A stretch of 64,000 bases of DNA from assembly GCA_965207455.1 (NCBI GenBank), contig CBDBMJ010000001.1, positions 128,001 to 192,000 on the forward strand. The letters are read 5' to 3'. Shown here one piece after another: positions 47,807 to 58,163 of this stretch. The position numbers and the translations under genes are program-made. The notes under the pieces are model-generated. The model did not search any database. It was not told the origin of the DNA and saw nothing but the letters and a program-made list of their open reading frames with translations. Positions within the stretch are counted from its first letter, which is position 1; each line of letters opens with the position of its first letter. Origin of the DNA: Bdellovibrionota bacterium (GTDB lineage Bacteria > Bdellovibrionota > UBA1018 > CAIPTA01 > JAALKR01).

Positions 47807-49581
47807 TTGTGAAACGGAGAGAATTCGTGTCAAAGAAAAAATAAATACAAGAAACGGTGTTGAAAAATTCTTCATTTGAACCCCAATACCGTGTATGAAA
47901 AATAATCATGCGTTTTGATCAAAAATAATTTAACCTTTTAGAATGTTTCCTGATCTACCAATAATAAAAAATGATAAGAAAAAGACGATTGAATCACTGA
48001 AGAAGGGCATTATAGAGTCTGTTAGAATAAGCCAAAAAATGCCGGTCGATTCCATTGCCAAGTATGCTCTCGATGCAGGGTTCTTGCAGGATGTATTAAA
48101 GTCCTTTCCTGATCCAAGAAAAAGATACGAAGTTCCTATTGAGTTTCTTTTATTAGCGCAGATTATTCAACGGCTAAATGATGAACACTCGTTAGTTTCA
48201 GCGCCTTATATGTTAAATTCAGCAGAGCTTATAGCTAAATTAAGATACTCAGCCAAAGTGCTGGAAGAGGGGTTTAATGGAAAAAATAAGTACCCTAGAG
48301 AAGCTGCATTTCATGGAGAGACTCTAAAACACGTCTTACTATCAACTAAGGCAGAGGATATAGTAGATTGGTTTAATGGTATCCTAAATAATATATTCAA
48401 AGAGCAGTCGGTTGGAAGAACTCATCACTATATTATTGATGGAACTAAGTTACATGTTCCAAAACATCTTTTCGAAAGTTTTCAAGGTGCTGGAGTTTTA
48501 AAAAATGCTGAGAATGATTCTGAGTATGGATATAAGGTTGTCTGGATTCAAGAAATTATTGACCGAAAGGGAGTTATTCGTGCAATGAAATTTGCCCCTA
48601 TCAATGAGCATGACCTCACCCTTGGAAGAGAGCTGGTAAAGGACTTTAATTTTGAAAGAGATTCCGTTTTAATCATGGATAGAGGTTTTTTAGATAGCAA
48701 ATGGATAACCTCTTTAAAGCAGGATCGTGGAATTGATGTCTGCATTCCCTTAAAAAAGAGTTTAGAGGTAAGTAAATACGCAGTTGCTGAAGCTTTGGCA
48801 GAAAATAAATGGGCACCTCACCCCACAAGACACAAACAAAGAATAAAGGAACTTAAGGAGGACGATTTGGACTGGAAATCGTTTTCTGTATTTAAAAGTG
48901 GTGTATTAGTTAATTTTACAAAGAGAAACGGTGAGGAAGAAAACATTATTTTTGCAGATACTAGGAAAAATAAATCAGCAAAGGCAGTTTTAAGCACGTA
49001 TGACTTGCGCACAGAAATTGAAGAATCTCACCGCCAAATGAAGTGCTTTCAGGGACTAGAGAAACTACCTTCCAAAAAATACACCCAGGTTGTCTTTAGG
49101 GTTGTAATGGGAACGATTGCTTACAACCTTTTCAATCTCTTTCTTAACTCGGAAGAGTGTGAATCACTTGATGATTTCACATTAAAAACATACAGGCAAA
49201 AGCGACCAGAGGAGAAAAACCCTGATATTATCGTGTATACAGAAACAACCTTTGCTATCATGAAAACTTTTGACTTTATGCGATTGATCCTCTCATTCAA
49301 AAAGGAGATTCAGAAAAAGTTAATAAAGATTTTCGATGACCTATCAACAGAGATACATTCCACCGCGTACGGTTAGATCATTTTTAAGCTATTCCCAGAA
49401 TTAATTTTAGAAAAATCCTTTTTCTCTGGATTCTATTATTCAATTTAGTAAACAGCAGTGAAATTCATAGGCTAAAGTAGCCTGAACGGGTAACTTAGAG
49501 ATAAATATGGATGTAGCTTGATTCCTATACCCATAAAAATGGAGTTTGAGCAAGGATGATGCACTTATTTCCGTTTCACAG
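47807..49581 (+). mobile_element. Insertion sequence, IS4-like DDE type, 1775 bp
   Basis: Terminal inverted repeats (T/C)TGTGAAACGGA.A.AA; 10-bp direct repeat CTGCGGCTAC at 47797-47806 and 49582-49591. Confidence 0.88.
47943..49376 (+). CDS. DDE transposase (DDE_Tnp_1-like)
   Basis: IIDGT, GYK, MDRGF, Y..R..IEE.HR..K (YREK). Confidence 0.9.
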   Translation: MFPDLPIIKNDKKKTIESLKKGIIESVRISQKMPVDSIAKYALDAGFLQDVLKSFPDPRKRYEVPIEFLLLAQIIQRLNDEHSLVSAPYMLNSAELIAKLRYSAKVLEEGFNGKNKYPREAAFHGETLKHVLLSTKAEDIVDWFNGILNNIFKEQSVGRTHHYIIDGTKLHVPKHLFESFQGAGVLKNAENDSEYGYKVVWIQEIIDRKGVIRAMKFAPINEHDLTLGRELVKDFNFERDSVLIMDRGFLDSKWITSLKQDRGIDVCIPLKKSLEVSKYAVAEALAENKWAPHPTRHKQRIKELKEDDLDWKSFSVFKSGVLVNFTKRNGEEENIIFADTRKNKSAKAVLSTYDLRTEIEESHRQMKCFQGLEKLPSKKYTQVVFRVVMGTIAYNLFNLFLNSEECESLDDFTLKTYRQKRPEEKNPDIIVYTETTFAIMKTFDFMRLILSFKKEIQKKLIKIFDDLSTEIHSTAYG

Positions 49582-49682
49582 CTGCGGCTACATATCTTGA
49601 ATTATTTTTGCGACGAGTTATTTTTATAGAAAGCGGAACATGGCAATGGGTATTTTGCCCTCAAGGGCGTAGTATTAAAGGC

Positions 49683-50570
49683 ATGAAAGATCTAGGAACA
49701 TTTACTGCTTGGCTGCGATTAGATAAAGGGCTAGTGGAGACAACAATCAAAGATTATTGCCGTGATCTGGAACAGTGTTTAGAAGTGGTACAAAAAAAAA
49801 GTTTTTTGGGTCCCGAAGATATCCATTTGTTTTTGGTCGATTGCAAAAAGCGTGGACTCAAGAATACCACCATTCAGCGTAAACTCACGAGCCTGCGTAT
49901 GTTTTTCCAGTTTTTGTTGCAGGAAAATCCCGATCTCCCCACCTCTCCCATTTCTTTTATTGACGGTCCTAGAAAAGGTCGCTCTTTGCCGAAAACACTC
50001 ACACGCCAAGAAGTGGATGCTTTGTTGGAGGCACCCGATTGCAGCACATTGGAGGGCATTAGGGATCGCACCATACTGGAACTTATGTACGCCTCTGGCT
50101 TGCGAGTCTCTGAAGTATTGGGGCTAAAGCTTAGCCATATTTTAAAGGAAAAATCTTTATTGCGAGTATTGGGTAAGGGTGGAAAGGAACGGCTAGTGCC
50201 CTATGGAAAAAGCGCAGAGTTTTGGTTGACCCAATACCGTCAAAACGTGCTTCCCCAGCTCAACGTGGGCCTTTCCGTGGATAGACTTTTTGTTGTGAAA
50301 AGGGGAAAAAAGGGAAGCACCATGCCCTACACTCGCCAAGCATTTTGGCTTAGGCTCAAGCACTTGGGCAAAAAAGCAGGCATTGCAAAAAATATTAACC
50401 CCCACATGATTCGCCATTCCTTTGCGACGCATCTCTTAGAGGCTGGTATGAATATACGCTTACTACAAAGCCTATTGGGTCATAGTGATATTAGCACTAC
50501 GCAAATTTATACCCATGTGGAGGAGCAATCCCTACAACGGGATCATCAAAAATTTCACCCCAGAAAATAG
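49683..50570 (+). CDS. xerD: Tyrosine recombinase XerD
   Basis: [42 protein letters not shown]; no IntI-specific insert. Confidence 0.88.
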   Translation: MKDLGTFTAWLRLDKGLVETTIKDYCRDLEQCLEVVQKKSFLGPEDIHLFLVDCKKRGLKNTTIQRKLTSLRMFFQFLLQENPDLPTSPISFIDGPRKGRSLPKTLTRQEVDALLEAPDCSTLEGIRDRTILELMYASGLRVSEVLGLKLSHILKEKSLLRVLGKGGKERLVPYGKSAEFWLTQYRQNVLPQLNVGLSVDRLFVVKRGKKGSTMPYTRQAFWLRLKHLGKKAGIAKNINPHMIRHSFATHLLEAGMNIRLLQSLLGHSDISTTQIYTHVEEQSLQRDHQKFHPRK

Positions 50571-50626
50571 AACTGAAATAAATCTCGCACATTGACAAGC
50601 TGGGCTTACAGTAATAAAACAGAGGT

Positions 50627-50809
50627 ATGTTTATTTGTATCTGCAAGGCGACAACCGACAAAACTATTCGAGAAACTGTGCGTAAGGGTGCGAGCTCCTT
50701 AAGGGATGTGGCAAGTGCCTGTTCCGCTGGTTCGGACTGCGGAATATGTAGGTTTAAGATCCAAAAAATTATAACAGAGACGCTCACGAGTCACAGAAGA
50801 GACAAATAA
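50627..50809 (+). CDS. bfd: Bfd-like [2Fe-2S] protein
   Basis: CxC...CxxC, 60 aa; TTGACA upstream. Confidence 0.85.
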   Translation: MFICICKATTDKTIRETVRKGASSLRDVASACSAGSDCGICRFKIQKIITETLTSHRRDK

Positions 50810-50840
50810 ATCTTGTAAAAACAGGTATTTGTAGCAAAAC

Positions 50841-50879
50841 TAGAGGCTGGCATGAATATACGCTTACTGCAAAGTCTAT
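50841..50879 (+). repeat. 39-bp copy of xerD segment 50437-50475
   Basis: 3 mismatches. Confidence 0.85.
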
Positions 50880-51020
50880 CAACTCAAAAGTATGAATAGT
50901 ACAGGCCGTAACTCATACAAAATCAAAATAATACTTGACAAATATAGTTTATTACGCTATTATGTATGCAATAATAGCAAATAACAATGAGCGGTCTATA
51001 AAGGCTAAAGGAGTGAAATT

Positions 51021-51392
51021 ATGAAAAAGCAAAATATAGTAACAATTATACTAGTGGCATTTGTCCTGGTGCTATCAACGGTGGGATGTTCTGAAAAAAT
51101 CATTTCAGATGGTGAAAGGGTGAGATATTCCAAAGAAAGCATTGAGGAGGATTGGTCGTTAGAGGATGGTGAGGGTATCGATGTTGATGTTTTAGATTTA
51201 GATGGTGAAAGGGTGAGATATTCCAAAGAAAGCATTGAGGAGGATTGGTCGTTAGAGGATGGTGAGGGTATCGATGTTGATGTTTCAGATTCAGATTCAG
51301 ATAAAGAAGCATCTTCTAGTTGTCGGAGTCGTAGTCGGAGTGATCGTTGGAGTTGGAGTTGGACTTTTAGTTGCTATAAGACTTGGCCCTAG
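51021..51392 (+). CDS. Acidic lipoprotein with internal 93-bp tandem repeat
   Basis: AAGGAG RBS, TVGC lipobox, DGERVRYSKESIEEDWSLEDGEGIDVDV twice. Confidence 0.7.
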   Translation: MKKQNIVTIILVAFVLVLSTVGCSEKIISDGERVRYSKESIEEDWSLEDGEGIDVDVLDLDGERVRYSKESIEEDWSLEDGEGIDVDVSDSDSDKEASSSCRSRSRSDRWSWSWTFSCYKTWP

Positions 51393-51527
51393 CTCTTTGT
51401 GATGAGGATTAGAACAATTATAGTAATGTTCATGATCCCCGTTTGAACTAGACACCTTCTAACCAAGGGATGCCAGCAATTACCAAAAACTAAAACTAGT
51501 TAAATATTACGCAACCCATGAAGTCAG

Positions 51528-51644
51528 GACAAAACTATTCGAGAAACTGTACGTAAGGGTGCGATCTCCCTAAGGGATGTGGCAAGTGCCTGTTCCGCTG
51601 GTTCGGACTGCGGAATATGTAGGTTTAAGATCCAAAAAATTATA
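51528..51644 (+). repeat. 117-bp copy of bfd segment 50657-50773
   Basis: 3 mismatches; lacks bfd start and stop. Confidence 0.9.
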
Positions 51645-52266
51645 TAGATTTCTGTATAAACTCATTCTTATACCGCTCTGTTATTGGCGGTATTAAATCT
51701 TCGTAATGTCCACTAATGACTCTTTCATTATAAACTGTTAATGAAGGATCGGAGTTCAAATCTACCATTCGGTGCGCATGATGGACTTCGAAATTAGCTA
51801 AATGCTCAGAGCACTCATGTAAGCTTTTAACTTCTGAGGGGTCTAGTTTCATAGCATTCTTCACTCTTTTTTGACAAAGAGAAAGAGCAGCTTTCGCAGG
51901 TTCCTGTGCATCCGCTATAAATCTATTCTTATATTCCTGTGTTATTTTTAATATTAATTGTTCGTAGTCTCTATTTTTAGGCTTTTCAGAAAGTTTATCT
52001 TGTAAATCTGCCAAGTAGTAAAAAGAGACTTCCAAATTAGCAAGCTCATTAGAGCACATATCAAGACTTTTAGCTTTCTCTAAGTTGACCATAGTTTTCC
52101 CTAACGTCCCTAACGTTAAGCTGAGTAATTTTATTTCTTTTTTACAAATAGCAAGAGCGACCAGAGTGGTATCGGCATCTTGGTTGTAATTATCAGCAGA
52201 TTCAGCAACAGGACTAAGCAGGGCTAGACCGAGTAGTGTAAATAATATATATTTTGTTTTTTCCAT
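51640..52266 (-). CDS. Secreted helical protein with two internal repeats
   Basis: Signal LALLSPVAESA; A.A.C.K...KSL..CS..LAN.EV...YE.LI..IT..YKN.FI occurs twice. Confidence 0.78.
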   Translation of the reverse strand: MEKTKYILFTLLGLALLSPVAESADNYNQDADTTLVALAICKKEIKLLSLTLGTLGKTMVNLEKAKSLDMCSNELANLEVSFYYLADLQDKLSEKPKNRDYEQLILKITQEYKNRFIADAQEPAKAALSLCQKRVKNAMKLDPSEVKSLHECSEHLANFEVHHAHRMVDLNSDPSLTVYNERVISGHYEDLIPPITERYKNEFIQKSI

Positions 52267-52411
52267 TTTTCGTTTCTCCTTTGTTTGTTATATTCTTAAC
52301 TTATGAAGATGCACTATATCATAATAAATGAATACAATCAAGTATCATTTTTGTTTTCTTAAAAAAAAACTTACAACTTATTGTTTTTATTGAGATAATT
52401 TCAGAAAAAGT

Positions 52412-53794
52412 CTAGTCGTCACTCTCATTCAAATGACGAACAATGGCGCTACAGGTGGATTTTGCGTCCCCAAAAACAAGGGAGCAATTATCATAGTAGA
52501 AAAGATCGTTGTCCACGCCGGAGTAGCCAGACCCCATGGATCGCTTGAGCATATACACTTGGCGAGCCTTATGGGTTTCCAAAATAGGCATACCAAACAA
52601 GGGGCTATTTTTATTGGTTAAGGCTGCTGGGTTTACAATGTCGTTGGCACCAACTACGAGGACCACGTCGGTGGTGGAAAAACTATTATTGATTTCTTCT
52701 AGCTCTTCTACTGAGTCGTAGGGAATATCCGATTCTGCTAAGAGTACGTTCATGTGGCCAGGCATACGGCCTGCTACAGGGTGGATGGCAAATTTCATTT
52801 CAATGCCTTTTTTTTGTAGGAGTGTAAACATTTCTTTTAGGGCGTGCTGGGCTTGGGCGATAGCCATGCCGTAGCCGGGAACCACAATAATTTTTTCTGC
52901 ATTTTCTATGCTAAAGGCAACGTCCTCAGGTGCGGCTGATTTTACGGGTTTTTTATTTTCCTGATCCACTACTACGGCACTCTCTGTTCCAAAGCCACCG
53001 AGAATAACACTCACAATGGAGCGATTCATTGCCTTACACATAATATAGGAAAGAATAGCACCACTACTGCCCACCAAGGCACCCGTGGCAATTAATAAAT
53101 TATTTCCCAGTGTAAAGCCTGTGGCAGAAGCTGCCCAACCCGAATAGGAATTTAACATGGACACCACCACAGGCATGTCTGCACCACCAATGGGAAGCAC
53201 CACCAGCACCCCTAGCATGAGGGCAAGTACTGTGAGTAAGATAAATGGAAGCACTTGGGGGTCTAGGGCAAACTGTACGGTAAAGGCAATCGTAGCCAAC
53301 AAAATTATTAAGTTTAGGAAATGTTGACCTCGAAAAATTAAGGGGCTGGAGCCTAAAATCCCTTGGAGTTTTCCAAAAGCCATAACGGAGCCAGTGAATG
53401 TAATGGCAGCAATGGCACTTCCTAGGGACAACTCAATGGCAAGTACCGTGCTTACTTCTTCTGCATTAAAGTAGGTGCCAAAACTGATGAGTAGAGCTGA
53501 GAGGCCCACAAAACTATGGAGGGCTGCCACGAGCTGAGGCATTGCCGTCATTTGAATTTTATAGGCGATGAGGGCGCCTAGGGTGGCACCACTGAGGAGT
53601 CCCGCTATAATCCAATTGTAATTTTTCACGTCGGGGTGGAGAAGGGTAACCACAATGGCAATTCCCATTCCTAGCATGGCACAGGTATTTCCCGTGAGTG
53701 CTGTCTTAGGAGAACTTAAACCCTTGAGACCGAAAATAAATAAAACGGTGGCAGCAAGGTAGGCAGAGGCAGAAATGTCTGGTCCTAATTCCAT
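52412..53794 (-). CDS. pntB: NAD(P) transhydrogenase beta subunit
   Basis: GGADMPVVVSMLNSYSG, HPVAGRMPGHMNVLLAE. Confidence 0.97.
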   Translation of the reverse strand: MELGPDISASAYLAATVLFIFGLKGLSSPKTALTGNTCAMLGMGIAIVVTLLHPDVKNYNWIIAGLLSGATLGALIAYKIQMTAMPQLVAALHSFVGLSALLISFGTYFNAEEVSTVLAIELSLGSAIAAITFTGSVMAFGKLQGILGSSPLIFRGQHFLNLIILLATIAFTVQFALDPQVLPFILLTVLALMLGVLVVLPIGGADMPVVVSMLNSYSGWAASATGFTLGNNLLIATGALVGSSGAILSYIMCKAMNRSIVSVILGGFGTESAVVVDQENKKPVKSAAPEDVAFSIENAEKIIVVPGYGMAIAQAQHALKEMFTLLQKKGIEMKFAIHPVAGRMPGHMNVLLAESDIPYDSVEELEEINNSFSTTDVVLVVGANDIVNPAALTNKNSPLFGMPILETHKARQVYMLKRSMGSGYSGVDNDLFYYDNCSLVFGDAKSTCSAIVRHLNESDD

Positions 53795-53795
53795 A

Positions 53796-54083
53796 CTATT
53801 TTTTCCTCTTAAACATGGATAGAATTCGATTGGTTACTACGAAACCACCAAAAATATTAATGGCAGCGAGAAACACAGCAAAGAAGCCAATGAGTTCTAC
53901 CAGTTCCACGCGGTTGGATGTAACACCTGAAACTAAAATGGCCCCCACAATAATAATGGCACTGATGGCGTTGGTGACTGCCATAAGAGGAGTGTGGAGT
54001 GCGGGGGTAACTCCCCAAACCACATGGTAGCCCACAAAACAGGCGAGAACGAATACATATAAACCTAGCATTGTTTCAGACAT
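53796..54083 (-). CDS. pntA: NAD(P) transhydrogenase alpha subunit, part 2
   Basis: [17 protein letters not shown]. Confidence 0.95.
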   Translation of the reverse strand: MSETMLGLYVFVLACFVGYHVVWGVTPALHTPLMAVTNAISAIIIVGAILVSGVTSNRVELVELIGFFAVFLAAINIFGGFVVTNRILSMFKRKK

Positions 54084-54086
54084 CAG

Positions 54087-55211
54087 TTATTTCCTTCCTT
54101 TAAAGCGTACTTGTTTTTGGTAGGTCACTAGAGCCGCATCTATAATATCGTCCTCTAGGTTATACTGGAGGCATAGACCTGCCTCCTCTTTTTTCACAAA
54201 TAAATCCAGTAGGTGTATAAGGTTATTGGCGTAGAAATCGCTAGCGTCGCTTGCCACCATGGCAGGGTAGTTGGTGTATCCCACAATGGTCACCCCATGT
54301 TTTTGTACGATTGCATTGGGCTTGCTCAATTCACAGTTTCCTCCATTGGCAGCAGCCATGTCCACGATCACCGATCCTGTGCGCATTTGTTGGATACAAT
54401 CCTCGAAGATAAGTAGTGGGGATTTTTTACCTGGAAGGTTGGCTGTTGTAATGCAGATGTCGAAAGTTTTGAGTTTTTCTTGCAATACAGCCTGTTGTTT
54501 CTTTTTTGCTTCCTGAGATAGTTCTTTGGCATAGCCACCCTCACCCGTGCCGTCCTCTCCAATATCCACTTGTATTACCTTGGCACCGAGGGAGCGGATT
54601 TGTTCTGCCACCTCTGGGCGTATATCATAGGCCTCCACACTAGCGCCCAATCTTCTTGCTGTGGCAATAGCCTGTAGGCCTGCCACACCCACTCCCAGCA
54701 CTGCCACTTTTGCAGGCTTGGCCATACCAGCTGAGGTCATCATCATGGGAGCAAATCGTCGGTAATGGGCAAATGCTTCTAGCACAGCCCGGTAGCCAGC
54801 AATATTTGCTTGAGAGGAGAGAGCGTCCATGGATTGAGCCCGTGAGGTGCGGGGGATAAGCTCCATGCCCACGGATTGAACTCCCGCTTGGGCGAGAAGC
54901 TCCATGGTTTGGGTGCCCATGTGGGCATTAATATGGGTGAGCAGTAAAGCGCCACTTTTTATTTTTTGTATTTCCTCTTGGGTGGGGGGATGGATTTTAA
55001 AAATGATGTCGGCAGAGAGGGCTTTGTCCTTGTTGACGATTTCCACGCCTTTGCGAAGAAAATCCTTGTCGGAAAAGTTAGCGCCAAGACCAGCAGATTC
55101 CTCTATCCATACAGTAAACCCTCGCTTGGTTAATTTTTTCAAAGCGTTTGGGCTTATGGCCACTCGCTTTTCGCCATCATGAATTTCTTTGGGAATACCT
55201 ATGTTCATCAC
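54087..55211 (-). CDS. pntA: NAD(P) transhydrogenase alpha subunit, part 1
   Basis: GIPKE, RAQSMDALSSQ, GVGVAGL, GGYAKE. Confidence 0.95.
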   Translation of the reverse strand: MMNIGIPKEIHDGEKRVAISPNALKKLTKRGFTVWIEESAGLGANFSDKDFLRKGVEIVNKDKALSADIIFKIHPPTQEEIQKIKSGALLLTHINAHMGTQTMELLAQAGVQSVGMELIPRTSRAQSMDALSSQANIAGYRAVLEAFAHYRRFAPMMMTSAGMAKPAKVAVLGVGVAGLQAIATARRLGASVEAYDIRPEVAEQIRSLGAKVIQVDIGEDGTGEGGYAKELSQEAKKKQQAVLQEKLKTFDICITTANLPGKKSPLLIFEDCIQQMRTGSVIVDMAAANGGNCELSKPNAIVQKHGVTIVGYTNYPAMVASDASDFYANNLIHLLDLFVKKEEAGLCLQYNLEDDIIDAALVTYQKQVRFKGRK

Positions 55212-55261
55212 TTCTTTAATCTATACTGTATTTCTGAAAAAAAAGGAAATAGGGGAAATTT

Positions 55262-55570
55262 TCATGATTCCTTTTTTAGGTCGGCTCGAAGAACTCGACT
55301 ACTGCGGAGTTTTCCTTGCTTCATGCGGTTACGTAGTTCTTGGAGGGACTTTAGGAGGGTCTCCATTTGATCTTTTTGGAGGGATACTTTAGAGGGCTGC
55401 TTTCTTCTTGGGCTTTGGGGAATTGGGGGGCTTTGGGGAGCGGCCTTGGGGCTTTCCAGAGATTCCATTATATATGTATCTAGGGAGGTAAAATGGCGTA
55501 ACTGCTTTTGATTGATTTTACCTAAAGTGTCGTCCAGTAAAAATAAGGCTTGGTTGGCTAGGTCGTCCAT
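55262..55570 (-). CDS. Hypothetical protein
   Basis: Co-oriented in the nusB-pnt run. Confidence 0.55.
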   Translation of the reverse strand: MDDLANQALFLLDDTLGKINQKQLRHFTSLDTYIMESLESPKAAPQSPPIPQSPRRKQPSKVSLQKDQMETLLKSLQELRNRMKQGKLRSSRVLRADLKKES

Positions 55571-55579
55571 GTATTTTTC

Positions 55580-56008
55580 TTAGCCCTCTTCTAGTACGCT
55601 CCAAGAAATACCTGCTTTTTTGAGAGCTTTTTTTATATTTACGGCAGCCACTTCTGGCCAAGTGCTTTCTGAAAAACTTAGTTTCTTGGCATTGAGCTTT
55701 TGTAAACAGTTTACCACATCTTTGCCCGAGGCTTTTTCATCTTTGAGGTAGTAGATGAGAAGCGAGGCCTGGCCCAGCCTGGCTTTATTGGGGATAAGGA
55801 TAAAGTCCCCCTCCTGCATACGTTTTCTTTTCACCAGCTTAGAAATTTGACCGTGTAGGCGCCAATCAAAATAACCCAAGGTGCCCTCCATGGAGGCAGA
55901 CAGGGATTGCTTATTTTCTTTGGAGTAGGCAGCTAGAATCCATGGTTCCCGGCACTTTTCCAGTACACGGTCCAGTTGTTTGATGTCCTTGTATGCTAGT
56001 TGAGCCAT
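55580..56008 (-). CDS. Hypothetical protein resembling the peptidase M17 N-terminal domain
   Basis: G..G..DWRLHGQISKL motif. Confidence 0.6.
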   Translation of the reverse strand: MAQLAYKDIKQLDRVLEKCREPWILAAYSKENKQSLSASMEGTLGYFDWRLHGQISKLVKRKRMQEGDFILIPNKARLGQASLLIYYLKDEKASGKDVVNCLQKLNAKKLSFSESTWPEVAAVNIKKALKKAGISWSVLEEG

Positions 56009-56052
56009 TGTATTTAGTAAAACCTTAACACGCCTGTAATGGTGAGAGGGGA

Positions 56053-56496
56053 TTATTTTGGGGTTTCTTTTTTCGACAATTCTCGGTGAATTTGGTCCAA
56101 TACTCCATTAATAAAGGCTCCTGCGCCTTTGGTGCTGTATTGTTTGCTGATTTCAATGGCCTCGTTAATGGTCACGGAGTGGTCCACGTCCGGTCGGTCT
56201 ATGAGTTCATAGATGGCTAGGCGGAGTATGCTTCGGTCTATGCTCGTCATGCGTTTTAGTTGCCAATGGTCGCTTTGGGCAGAAAGCAGGGTATTGATGG
56301 ATGCGTATTGCTTCCACACTCCTTTTAGGAGGTTAGATAAAAAGCTTTCATCTACTGAGTCCCGGTCCCTAAAGTGATGGAAATAGCTTTCAATGGTTCC
56401 TTGGAGTGTGGTGGAGGTGTATTTTTGCTTGGAGTAGACGGGCTCCAGGCTAAACAGGATTTGCAGGGCAGATTCTCTGGCGATACGTCGTTTCAT
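56053..56496 (-). CDS. nusB: Transcription antitermination factor NusB
   Basis: RRIARESALQ, DRSILRL, INEAIEISK, FINGVLD. Confidence 0.96.
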   Translation of the reverse strand: MKRRIARESALQILFSLEPVYSKQKYTSTTLQGTIESYFHHFRDRDSVDESFLSNLLKGVWKQYASINTLLSAQSDHWQLKRMTSIDRSILRLAIYELIDRPDVDHSVTINEAIEISKQYSTKGAGAFINGVLDQIHRELSKKETPK

Positions 56497-56624
56497 GGGT
56501 TACTCCAAGTTCAGGACTACACTAGTTTCTGCGTAGTAGCAAATTAAGTGTTCCCAGGCTGGGTTTTTTCTTAAGTTTTCCTTCAGGGTGACGATAGTTA
56601 GGTAGTAGGAGGTAGGACACAACA

Positions 56625-57110
56625 ATGGGTAAATCCAAATCTTTTTCTAGGCAAAGCATTTACCATAGGGGTATGCGAGATGGGGAGACGGTTCGCCGTT
56701 GTTTGAACCATTCCTTTCGCTTGGCTTTAGCTAGGTTGGTGCTGCCCGGGAGTAAAGAAGCTGTGGACACCTCCATGGTGCTCACGGATTTTTCTGCTCT
56801 AGGTACTAGTATCTTTTCCGACAGGGAAATAAAAAAGGGTGGCCATCTTAGCTTGCAGTTATTGGAACCCAGTCTTGCCACAATCCCATGTGTGGTGCTC
56901 GCTTGTAGGAAACTTCCCAGCCCGTCCCTTGTGTATAAAAAGGAATCTCGTCAGAGGTATCGTCTGCTTTTAGAGTTTCGCTTGCATACAGAGGAAGAAA
57001 AAAAAGCAGTCCAGGAGATACAAAAAAGTATTCATGGGGATAGTGCCAATGAGGCTAAGGATAACAAGCCTACCGATAACAAGCCTGCTGTAGAAAGGAA
57101 AGCGGCCTAG
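56625..57110 (+). CDS. PilZ-like hypothetical protein
   Basis: DFSALG motif (DxSxxG) and beta-strand pattern; AGGAGG upstream. Confidence 0.5.
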   Translation: MGKSKSFSRQSIYHRGMRDGETVRRCLNHSFRLALARLVLPGSKEAVDTSMVLTDFSALGTSIFSDREIKKGGHLSLQLLEPSLATIPCVVLACRKLPSPSLVYKKESRQRYRLLLEFRLHTEEEKKAVQEIQKSIHGDSANEAKDNKPTDNKPAVERKAA

Positions 57111-58099
57111 GAACGAGGAAAGAAGCCGACTTTTTCGTAGACATCGGCGAGGGTTTTATTGGCAATGGTTCTTGCCTTGTCTGCATTGCTTCTTACTATA
57201 CCCTCCAAATAATCTTTATTTTTCATCAGGTCAGTGTATTTTTTTTGTATGGGTTGGAGCGCATCGCAAATACGATCAGCTAGTTCTTTTTTAAAATGAC
57301 CGTACATTTTTCCCTGAAAGTCCTGCTCGATTTTTTCCATGGATTCTTGGGTGATGGCTGAATAAATGGTCATTAGGTTAGCCAGCGGTTTATTATTTGT
57401 ATCGTATTTTATTTCGGAGCCGGAGTCCGTTACTGCGGATTTTATTTTTTTTACAATCCTACTGGGTTCATCCAGTACGGCAATATAATTTTTGGGATTG
57501 GAGTCTGATTTCGACATCTTCTTTTCCACATCTTGGAGAGACATTATCCTTGCTCCCACTTTGCCAATATGGGGTTCAGGCACTACAAAGGTTTTGCCAT
57601 ATTTTTTATTAAAATTTTGGGCTATATCCCGGGTGAGTTCCAAGTGTTGTTTTTGATCTTGGCCTGTGGGCACGATATGGGTTTGGTAGAGAAGAATATC
57701 GGCAGCCATAAGAGTGGGGTAGGTGAAAAGACCTGCAGGAGCGTTCCTGCTTTCCTTCGCTTTGTCTTTAAATTGCGTCATGCGACTTAGGGTGCCCATG
57801 GAACAGAAGCAATTGAGCACCCAAGCCAATTCCGCGTGGGCACTTACATGGGACTGCATGAAAATAATATTTTTATTTGAGTCTAAGCCCAGAGCTAGGT
57901 ATTGGGCTAAAAAAGAAAGGGAGCGACTGTGTAGGTCCTGAGGAACTTGGGGAACAGTAATAGCGTGGAGGTCTGCCACGGGATATAGGCAGTGGTATTT
58001 TTCTTGGAGTAGTGCCCAATTAGAGATGGCTCCTATATAGTTGCCAATGGTTAGGTTTCCTGTGGGCACACTTGCGCTTAAGAGAGTCTTTTTTTCCAT
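57107..58099 (-). CDS. trpS: Tryptophanyl-tRNA synthetase
   Basis: TIGNYIGA, YPTLMAADIL, DQKQHLE, KMSKS. Confidence 0.97.
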   Translation of the reverse strand: MEKKTLLSASVPTGNLTIGNYIGAISNWALLQEKYHCLYPVADLHAITVPQVPQDLHSRSLSFLAQYLALGLDSNKNIIFMQSHVSAHAELAWVLNCFCSMGTLSRMTQFKDKAKESRNAPAGLFTYPTLMAADILLYQTHIVPTGQDQKQHLELTRDIAQNFNKKYGKTFVVPEPHIGKVGARIMSLQDVEKKMSKSDSNPKNYIAVLDEPSRIVKKIKSAVTDSGSEIKYDTNNKPLANLMTIYSAITQESMEKIEQDFQGKMYGHFKKELADRICDALQPIQKKYTDLMKNKDYLEGIVRSNADKARTIANKTLADVYEKVGFFPRS

Positions 58100-58132
58100 A
58101 AGTCTACTATAGCTCTTGGCATGGGAAAAAAG

Positions 58133-58163
58133 CAAAAAAAAACCCAAGTCCTAAAACTTGGGT
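58133..58163 (-). terminator. Intrinsic terminator of 58334-58945
   Basis: acccaagt-tttagg-acttgggt followed by a T-run. Confidence 0.8.

Noticed and set aside
49608..52266. Integron (tyrosine recombinase plus cassettes)
   Set aside because: The protein has XerD size and motifs without the IntI insert; I found no convincing attC sites
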